A DNA stretch of 64,000 bases from Tubiluchus corallicola. Lineage: Eukaryota; Animalia; Priapulida. Both the position numbers and the translations under genes were made by a program. The notes beneath the pieces are model-generated. The model was not told the origin of the DNA, made no database searches, and saw only the letters and a list, made by a program, of their open reading frames with translations. Numbering within the stretch: the first letter of the stretch is position 1; each line of letters starts with the position of its first letter. The stretch lies in assembly GCA_030141605.1 (NCBI GenBank), contig JAQGDQ010000552.1:62001-126000 (forward strand), written 5' to 3'. This document shows, piece by piece, positions 59,801 to 64,000 of this stretch.

Positions 59801-61550
59801 ACAAGACCAACAAAATTTTTCAGACTTGCTAAAATGCTGAATAATGATATAAATAAGAAATACATGTTACCGAATCTTCACACAACACATAAGATAAGAA
59901 GTAAGACTGGCATTTGTTTCGCATCAAACTGAATGTACATCTGCCAGACTTTTTGCCCTGAACGAAACCCAATATTTCCACATTAGAATTTGAAATGCGC
60001 TTGCTAATTTTGTCCGTTTTTGGATTTCATAGCGCCAAATTTGATACCATCCTTCATTCAACCACGTAGACTATGGACTAGTAACCCAAAGGCTGCAAGT
60101 TCAAATCCCAGTTTGTTTGTTCTGATTTCATATTATTTTTCAGCAGGGAGGGTGCAGTCTTGCAGATTGGTGTGGCTTCCATAAGAAGGGGTACTTTTGG
60201 CGGACTGAAATATTTTCAGTCTGATTAAGATATATGTCACAACTTAACTTAATGTTCAGTTAAAAACTGCTTTTGCCATTTGTATAAAAATTGAATAATT
60301 ATTATAATACACTTCAATACAGCGGTAGTATAAATTAACTTTATGCTCTCATAGATAGTTTCTTATGCAAAATTCTTTGTTATATTTTTCCAACGTTTAA
60401 GTGATAAGGGTAAAATAAGCCCCACATGCCGAGTGGCTTGTCCTTTCCTTTAATTTGTACTATGAATAACATGATCATTTTAAAACTGTCGTTATACTAT
60501 CACTACCTTTAATGTGTAGAATTTATAACACGATCTCTGTTACCTTTAGCTCAGCGCATACACATCAGCCGAGAGTTTTACCAGGGTGTAACACAATTCA
60601 ACGAAGGTTACGAAGTCGAACTGCGAGGTGACATGAATGTTAAGGTACCCAAAAATTATCCACAGCTTCTTTCCAAGTAGAAACTATTGCTGTTCTAAAT
60701 AGCATTAAAGGAAGACTTATATGCTTATATGTGACTAAGCTGACCGTCTCGTGTTTAAAGAAGACAGGATAATTTTTCATATACTACCCCATTTTCCAGT
60801 CTGATAAAAAGTATACATTTTACCACAATTAATATTGCAAAAGCGTTTCTGACAATTTAATAATAGATTAAAAACTTAATTAACAGCAGGCGAGCCGAAC
60901 TATTGATGACATCACAAACTAACATAATTTTCAACAGCAAAAATATTCCACGAGCGACTTGCACGTGTTTGCAAAAGTGAAAATTGAAGTACAGTGCTAG
61001 TGTAAGATATTCAGCGTGTTGTACTAAAACTAGGTAAGTTTTAAGATAAAAATTCAAATTTCAAATTTACCGCTGTGCTCACGCATGAGCCGCCGAACGT
61101 GTGTAGTTTGTCACAAACTATCTGAACTGAGAGGTGCAGCATCTGTTTTTTGTGCAATGTGTTTCCGAAATGCAGGCGCTAGTGCCCATCTAACTAGCGA
61201 ATGGCGAATGCAAAGTTACGTTTGTGTGGTAATAATTCGTTCACATAAGTTATTTTTGAAAAAATAGAATGTTTCCTTTCAATATTTTAAAGAGTAGATT
61301 GTTTTGACCTGCAGTTTAAAATTGGGTCCTGGTTTTGCTTTAAGATCTGTCGGGCGACATTAATGACAAGGTACGCAAAAATTATGCACAGTTTTTTCAA
61401 GAACAAGCTGTTGCTGTTCTAGATCACATTAAGGTCTGTTCACACATTTAAAATAAATTGCATGTAATTTTATAGGGTAAAGGCTGGCTGACTACCTATT
61501 GGCTAAATGGCAAAGAGGGTTACAAAAAGAAATTGCCACAGCACGACTGA
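23868..61550 (+). CDS. Receptor (membrane) guanylyl cyclase, natriuretic peptide receptor-like; 24 coding exons, 3369 nt, about 1122 aa
   Basis: Signal peptide; ANF-receptor ectodomain ([38 protein letters not shown]); juxtamembrane CGFDNDLC; TM helix; kinase-homology domain ([40 protein letters not shown]); dimerisation helix (EERT...LLP); cyclase domain ([36 protein letters not shown]). All 23 introns are GT-AG with matching phases. Confidence 0.96.
24588..25064 (+). mobile_element. Family B MITE
   Basis: tacagtcaacctcgg...ggaggttgactgta. Confidence 0.9.
25188..25265 (+). CDS. Receptor GC exon 2
   Basis: tttcag|T...GA|gtaagt; [26 protein letters not shown]. Confidence 0.85.
25465..26128 (+). 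mobile_element. Family F non-autonomous TIR element (TGTGTGCTTGCA ends)
   Basis: ta-tgtgtgcttgca ... tgcaagcacaca-ta; homologous copies at 33925, 37243 and 46983. Confidence 0.85.
26231..26340 (+). CDS. Receptor GC exon 3
   Basis: ttctag|...G|gtaagt; [15 protein letters not shown]...[11 protein letters not shown]. Confidence 0.92.
26380..26870 (-). mobile_element. Family B MITE (inverted)
   Basis: Same TIRs, internal sequence reverse-complemented. Confidence 0.9.
26976..27135 (+). CDS. Receptor GC exon 4
   Basis: cttag|...AG|gtagct; [19 protein letters not shown]...FSTMARTLG. Confidence 0.92.
27477..27661 (+). CDS. Receptor GC exon 5
   Basis: ttctag|...A|gtaaga; [10 protein letters not shown]...[10 protein letters not shown]. 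Confidence 0.92.
28205..28462 (-). mobile_element. Family A fragment (inverted)
   Basis: ttaaagcaaaaccaggacccaat... is the reverse complement of 61090-61343. Confidence 0.78.
28742..29088 (-). mobile_element. Retroposon 3' end, (TGACTTA)n tail family
   Basis: Highly similar to 9243-9580. Confidence 0.8.
29123..29316 (+). CDS. Receptor GC exon 6
   Basis: ttgcag|...CAT|gtaaga; IVILS...[17 protein letters not shown]...[10 protein letters not shown]. Confidence 0.93.
29927..30263. mobile_element. Dispersed repeat with aggtcaaaggttaagtgtacca inverted repeats
   Basis: aggtcaaacgttaagtgtacca ... tggtacacttaacctttgacct; inverted copy at 45228-45556. Confidence 0.75.
30375..30500 (+). CDS. Receptor GC exon 7
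   Basis: atcag|GTG...CAT|gtacgt; [28 protein letters not shown]. Confidence 0.88.
30798..30919 (+). mobile_element. hAT-type MITE, internally deleted
   Basis: taggggtgagca...tcagcccta with 8-bp TSD ATAGCAGC. Confidence 0.88.
30925..31268. repeat. Tandem repeat, 56-bp unit, about 6 copies
   Basis: Unit gctgtgtgtcacaaacaccatggcaacctattgttccagctaagctgtggtttgct. Confidence 0.96.
31851..31986 (+). CDS. Receptor GC exon 8
   Basis: cctag|GGT...G|gtatat; [20 protein letters not shown]...NPRNG. Confidence 0.92.
32014..32590 (-). mobile_element. Family A element (inverted, near full length)
   Basis: Reverse complement of 60755-61343; TTAA at both ends. Confidence 0.8.
32753..32880 (+). CDS. Receptor GC exon 9
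   Basis: ttgcag|...CAG|gtgagt; [18 protein letters not shown]. Confidence 0.92.
33400..33700 (-). mobile_element. Degenerate non-LTR (RTE-like) ORF C-terminal fragment
   Basis: Minus-strand IKNEDLY...[16 protein letters not shown] resembles the RRLRWxGHVxRM motif. Confidence 0.6.
33925..34572 (+). mobile_element. Family F TIR element
   Basis: tgtgtgcttgca...tgcaagcacaca. Confidence 0.85.
34694..35097 (+). mobile_element. Family C pogo-type MITE (TA-CAGTCAACCCTC..TTAAACCGGAC TIR)
   Basis: TA-flanked TIRs; deleted copy at 36885-37222. Confidence 0.85.
35859..36055 (+). CDS. Receptor GC exon 10 (juxtamembrane Cys pair and transmembrane helix)
   Basis: tttcag|...AG|gtaaac; WPN...[15 protein letters not shown]...[23 protein letters not shown]. 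Confidence 0.94.
36140..36413. repeat. Long inverted repeat (about 115-bp arms, about 38-bp spacer), Penelope-like remnant
   Basis: 36140-36260 is the reverse complement of 36299-36413, e.g. aatgaataagcagacctgtagaaaagaaatt / aatttcttttctacaggtctgcttattcatt. Confidence 0.9.
36425..36471 (+). ncRNA. Minimal (Penelope-type) hammerhead ribozyme motif
   Basis: acca-CTGATGA-a-GACAG-cagtagct-CTGTC-GAAA-CGTT: core boxes, a 5-bp stem II and palindromic AACGTT at stem III. Stem I is imperfect. Confidence 0.55.
36686..36806 (+). CDS. Receptor GC exon 11
   Basis: ttcag|...TTG|gtaggt; WKIAWEEL...[10 protein letters not shown]. Confidence 0.9.
36885..37222 (+). mobile_element. Family C MITE (internally deleted)
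   Basis: caaccctcgttaaaccggac...gtccggtttaacgagggtcgactgta. Confidence 0.85.
37243..37870 (+). mobile_element. Family F TIR element (3' end lost)
   Basis: Homologous to 25465-26128. Confidence 0.82.
37924..38160 (+). CDS. Receptor GC exon 12
   Basis: attag|GAC...ATC|gtaagt; Ser-rich segment then [17 protein letters not shown]. The 5' boundary is less certain. Confidence 0.85.
38185..38612. mobile_element. Tc1/pogo-type MITE (TA-CAGTAAGTC TIR)
   Basis: tacagtaagtcatcgcttagcgatgc ... gcatcgttaagcgaggacttactgta. Confidence 0.85.
38660..39250. repeat. Tandem repeat, about 120-130-bp unit, about 4.5 copies
   Basis: tatactgccatctattgacaaagaaagagagctttagatgctagtg recurs. Confidence 0.93.
39612..39716 (+). 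CDS. Receptor GC exon 13
   Basis: ccag|GTA...CAG|gtacca; [10 protein letters not shown]...[10 protein letters not shown]. Confidence 0.94.
39830..40266. repeat. Degenerate tandem repeat, about 35-bp unit
   Basis: agtagtatgtttcgtttgtgtctgtatcatcagtt. Confidence 0.9.
40350..40495 (-). mobile_element. tRNA-derived SINE remnant (possibly Meta-domain type)
   Basis: The minus strand has A-box-like agcttaatggtagc and B-box-like ggtttagctcc, then aagacttaaaaaatggtacc. The last resembles the MetaSINE core as I recall it. Confidence 0.45.
40520..40790 (+). mobile_element. RTE-clade 3' fragment with (GAA)n tail
   Basis: Near-identical reverse complement of 7116-7390. Confidence 0.88.
40879..41001 (+). 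CDS. Receptor GC exon 14
   Basis: ttctag|GAT...AAA|gtgcgt; [11 protein letters not shown]...GLEYLH...HGYLK. Confidence 0.94.
41141..41547 (+). mobile_element. hAT-type MITE, full length
   Basis: taggggtgagcat...atgctcaccccta; perfect 8-bp TSD ATATCAGC; many TTCGAA subterminal motifs. Confidence 0.93.
41566..42870 (-). mobile_element. Family A element (inverted) interrupted by a MITE
   Basis: Family A homology at 41566-42140 resumes at 42810-42870. Confidence 0.7.
42144..42809. mobile_element. Pogo/Tigger-type MITE with perfect TIR
   Basis: ta-cagtctaacctcgttatctcgcc ... ggcgagataacgaggttagactg-ta. Confidence 0.92.
43034..43154 (+). CDS. Receptor GC exon 15
   Basis: tttcag|TCG...T|gtactt; [19 protein letters not shown]. 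Donor is weak but phase-consistent. Confidence 0.9.
43844..44355 (+). mobile_element. Family B MITE
   Basis: tacagtcaacctcgg...ccgaggttgactgta. Confidence 0.9.
44430..44579 (+). CDS. Receptor GC exon 16
   Basis: aacag|...G|gtgggt; WTAPELLR...[16 protein letters not shown]. Confidence 0.94.
44852..45156. repeat. (GAT)n microsatellite, interrupted
   Basis: Directly visible; source of the poly-M and poly-H ORFs. Confidence 0.98.
45228..45556. mobile_element. Dispersed repeat with aggtcaaaggttaagtgtacca inverted repeats (inverted copy)
   Basis: Reverse complement of 29927-30263. Confidence 0.75.
45640..45817 (+). CDS. Receptor GC exon 17
   Basis: tttag|...AG|gtgggt; PFRP...[14 protein letters not shown]. 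Confidence 0.94.
46020..46866. repeat. Tandem repeat, 134-bp unit, about 6.3 copies
   Basis: ttggtcaccc recurs at 46021, 46155, 46289 and onward. Confidence 0.96.
46983..47645 (-). mobile_element. Family F TIR element (inverted)
   Basis: tgtgtgcttgcaaaccaaaa...tgcaaacacaca. Confidence 0.85.
48390..48897 (-). mobile_element. Ty3/Gypsy reverse transcriptase fragment (non-functional)
   Basis: QHRINTG..PI...[41 protein letters not shown]...FSTLDLKSG...KTAF...[16 protein letters not shown]...IYLD; breaks off at the YxDD motif. Confidence 0.93.
48970..49107 (+). CDS. Receptor GC exon 18 (dimerisation/signalling helix)
   Basis: ttaag|...CA|gtaaac; [25 protein letters not shown]...[14 protein letters not shown]. 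Confidence 0.92.
49839..50320 (+). mobile_element. Family B MITE (right TIR truncated)
   Basis: tacagtcaacctcgg...cccgaggttg. Confidence 0.88.
50527..51092. repeat. Minisatellite, 42-bp unit, about 13.5 copies
   Basis: Unit gcatagcttctagctggcagcagaattcctcatgaggagaa(t/c). Confidence 0.97.
51258..51381 (+). CDS. Receptor GC exon 19 (cyclase domain, first metal-binding Asp)
   Basis: cttag|...CAG|gtaaga; SVADALK...[22 protein letters not shown]. Confidence 0.95.
51671..51739 (+). CDS. Receptor GC exon 20
   Basis: tacag|ATT...AAG|gtaagt; [23 protein letters not shown]. Confidence 0.95.
52243..53761. repeat. Tandem repeat, 98-bp unit, about 15.5 copies
   Basis: Unit gctgctgaaaataaatactggtgctgtcctctgttgaccagaaagttaatg...aaaacttgcagaattgcag. 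Confidence 0.97.
55235..55397 (+). CDS. Receptor GC exon 21
   Basis: cttag|GTA...G|gtacgt; [19 protein letters not shown]...LRLRI. Confidence 0.95.
55586..55886. repeat. Minisatellite, 20-bp unit, about 15 copies
   Basis: Unit aattgacagttatgcata(tg/ca/cg). Confidence 0.97.
57590..58100 (-). mobile_element. CR1/L2-group LINE reverse transcriptase fragment (degenerate)
   Basis: Minus strand gives VKYIDDTTI...[11 protein letters not shown]...[12 protein letters not shown]...[20 protein letters not shown]...[11 protein letters not shown], with frameshifts. Confidence 0.85.
58159..58269 (+). CDS. Receptor GC exon 22
   Basis: cgtag|...C|gtaagt; [37 protein letters not shown]. Confidence 0.95.
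59341..59790. mobile_element. MITE with about 28-bp TIR and subterminal caaatgtagac repeats
   Basis: atataggttttacacgtcaaatgtagac ... gtctacatttgacgtgtaaaacctatat. Confidence 0.85.
60550..60644 (+). CDS. Receptor GC exon 23
   Basis: tttag|...AAG|gtaccc; PQRIHIS...[12 protein letters not shown]. Confidence 0.93.
60755..61343 (+). mobile_element. Family A element, full length (Kolobok-like)
   Basis: ttaa-agaagacagg ... cctggttttgct-ttaa. Confidence 0.8.
61476..61550 (+). CDS. Receptor GC exon 24 (terminal)
   Basis: tatag|GGT; [24 protein letters not shown]-stop. Confidence 0.93.
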   Translation, partial: GKGWLTTYWLNGKEGYKKKLPQHD

Positions 61551-61767
61551 TTTCTACGACTTTGAACTATCCGCAAGATGAACGATGAGCTATGAATATT
61601 CATTCCAGACTCAACCAGTCGAACTTGACGATACAGCGACGAATGGCATCACACATGCTGTTGTTTAGATTTTCTAACCAGAAATTGGCAAAAGAGGTCA
61701 TCATTTGTTGGGTTGATAGTTTCAGACTTCAGTTTCTGTTTCTTGTAGTTGCAATGCTGCATGCAAT

Positions 61768-62056
61768 AGTAAAGCAAGACACCTGTAGTTCTTTTATCTC
61801 GTCGTACAGGGTGGTCTAGACAAAACGTCCCCTAGGATCCTAGTAAAGCAAGACACCTGTAGTTCTTTTATCTCGTCGTACAGGGTGGTCTAGACAAAAC
61901 GTTCCATAGGACCCTAGTAAAGCAAGACACCTGTAGTTCTTTTATCTCGTCGTACAGGGTGGTCTAGACAAAACGTCCACTAGGACCCTAGTAAAGCAAG
62001 ACACTCGTAGTTCTTTTATCTTGTCGTACAGGGTGGTCGAGACAAAACATCCCCAA
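61768..62056. repeat. Tandem repeat, 74-bp unit, 4 copies
   Basis: agtaaagcaagacacctgtagttcttttatctcgtcgtacagggtggtctagacaaaacgtcc. Confidence 0.95.
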
Positions 62057-62489
62057 ATTGTCGCTTAACTCTTCATCCTGGTAGAGGCGTTTGTAAAAGA
62101 GGGCCAAATCAGCCGCGTACCCTAGTTTCTCCTCTTTCTCCCCAAATCCTGGTAGAGGCGTTTGTAAAAGAGAGCCACGCGAACTGTGTATTCTAGTTTC
62201 TCCTCTTTCTAACGAGCTATAAATCCCCTCCCCCCAGACCCTCATCGAGCACCACTAGGAAGTTTTTTATACAGTTTCGATTATTTTTAGAGGTTTTTCA
62301 ACTGCCGTTTCTAGAAGTTGCTATGGTTTCCTAGCGACTCTTAGTGGGGGATTTTGGAGGGAAATTTGTAGCTTTTTGGAAAGAAGAGAAATCGGGCTGT
62401 ACGAAGATGTGGGTCACTTTTACAAAAGGCTGTAATAGGAAGAAGGGTACAAGTTAATTTGGGGGCACTTTTTTCTGGGCGACCCTGTA
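62027..62489. mobile_element. Tc1/mariner-type MITE (TA-CAGGGT ends)
   Basis: tacagggtggtcgagacaaaacatccccaaatt ... aatttgggggcacttttttctgggcgaccctgta, an imperfect TIR. Confidence 0.65.
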
Positions 62490-63585
62490 CATCACACGTT
62501 TAGCACATTAAAAATGATAAACCACATTTACAAGACTTTAAGGCATGTTAGTCAAGATGTATGGCAACTTTCAGCATATAAAATTAACACTTGCCGCATA
62601 AAGTAGACATTTTTGAAAGTGAGTAAATATTTTGAATGGAACGCCTGCATACCGTAAAGTAACTAGGTTGGTGACTGTATTATATCACACGTGCTACAAA
62701 TCACACGTGGTAAATGCGGCTTAAATACCTTTTCATGTGGCTGGCTAGATGCTTGGTCTAGAATTCACCTAGCCAGTGAAAAAGAAAAAAAATAATGAAA
62801 TGGATTATTGTCACAGATTTATAGACTTTTAATGTATTTTATAATTAATGTAAGATTTTATTTACTACATAGACCATGTAATGCTTCATGCCAGCTATTA
62901 AATAATTATCTTTAGTCCAATTTTTATACAATTTTTTTGCGCAGACGGTCGCCACGAATGGCGTAAGATTACAAATGTTACTTTACTATCGCACTAACCG
63001 CACTACTTTCAATTTCGTTGTAGTGCGACAAGTACGACAAATCAAGTTAAGGATATTCCTTCTTATTGTATCGTATGAAGTATGAATTTTAATATTGTAA
63101 GCTAAATGTAGCTGATTATGAATTATGTAAACTGCTCAGAAAAGAACATTATTTATTACACTGTTAAAATCAACAAAAAAATCGTAAATTATTATTCAAC
63201 GTAGAGTCGGTAATTTTCACATTCAGTATTGAAATACTGATTAATTCGTAGACAACTTAGTATTCATAGAAATTCTGAGCACGTATCTCTTCGTATCTAC
63301 AATACAGTATATATATAATAAATAATATATTTTATGATTAAAGTTTAATGAAGTTTAACGCACATAAAACTTGGAACGTACATTGGAACATGACCTCATT
63401 TCTGTATTACGAAACCCCTTTATCAAGTTATATAGTGAGTAGAACACCTTGTAAAATTCTAGTCATTCTGATTGTGTTGTTAGCAAGATGGTATTAAAAC
63501 TGATCTCATTTGTTTCTAATTAACAGAATTGCATAATCAGTAATTGAAAATTATTGCACTGTTCTAGAGAAACTATTGATTTCAC

Positions 63586-63586
63586 G

Positions 63587-63618
<32 letters not shown>
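63586..63618. repeat. (GTT)n microsatellite
   Basis: Directly visible. Confidence 0.95.
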
Positions 63619-64000
63619 ACAATAAAGACTGCAGTACTAATAAAATTTAAAGAAATTTGTCATGGTTTTTTTCCTGCAAGAAAGCACATTTTAAAAATCC
63701 TGACCATAGGCTATACGGTCAATGGTAAATGGTTTGTGCAAAATTTAGCATGGTTTTTTCCTGCAAGAAAGCACATTTTAATAATCCTGACCACAGGCTA
63801 TATGGTCAATGGTTTGTGCAGAGACTGTCTAAATATGAAGAGAATAGGGTGACCAGTGACCACTACTGTTGGGAATTGGTTTTATTTCTATGATTAATTA
63901 ATGACCTTCAATCATGACCAAAGATCGACTAATGATCATTCGTAATATTTTGTAGAGTCGTGTCAGTGTAAAATATTATATTAGAACAATAACTGCCTTC

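Noticed and set aside
60070-60112. tRNA-like B-box (gttcaaatccc), with similar strings near 15435 and 49295
   Set aside because: No complete cloverleaf; probably decayed SINE heads.
12936-61550. Functional linkage between the 'guanylate kinase-associated' gene and the guanylyl cyclase
   Set aside because: The similarity is only in the names: DLGAP binds a catalytically dead GK domain. Adjacency in an animal genome is not evidence without conserved synteny.

Overview
AT-rich, repeat-dense eukaryotic (most likely invertebrate metazoan) genomic DNA containing two intron-containing protein-coding genes, both on the + strand. (1) A DLGAP/SAPAP-family (GKAP homology domain, vulcan-like) gene with three coding exons (12936-14877, 17032-17123, 18662-19027; about 799 aa). 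(2) A complete 24-coding-exon single-pass receptor guanylyl cyclase (natriuretic-peptide-receptor-like; 23868-61550; about 1122 aa). I assembled both by hand from GT-AG junctions with consistent phases. The cyclase keeps the metal-binding and guanine-specificity residues, but its catalytic GDTVNTASR motif reads GSTIMDAAR (Asn to Met), suggesting a pseudo-cyclase or heterodimer-dependent subunit. Introns and intergenic DNA hold non-autonomous DNA transposons (pogo/mariner-type TA-flanked MITEs, hAT with 8-bp TSDs, TTAA/AG Kolobok-like), RTE, CR1/L2 and Gypsy fragments, a Penelope-like foldback with a minimal hammerhead motif, and more than a dozen unrelated tandem arrays. Several arrays visibly derive from transposon sequence. 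No prokaryotic features, CRISPR array, rRNA or intact tRNA were found. Coordinates were counted by eye and repeat boundaries are approximate.
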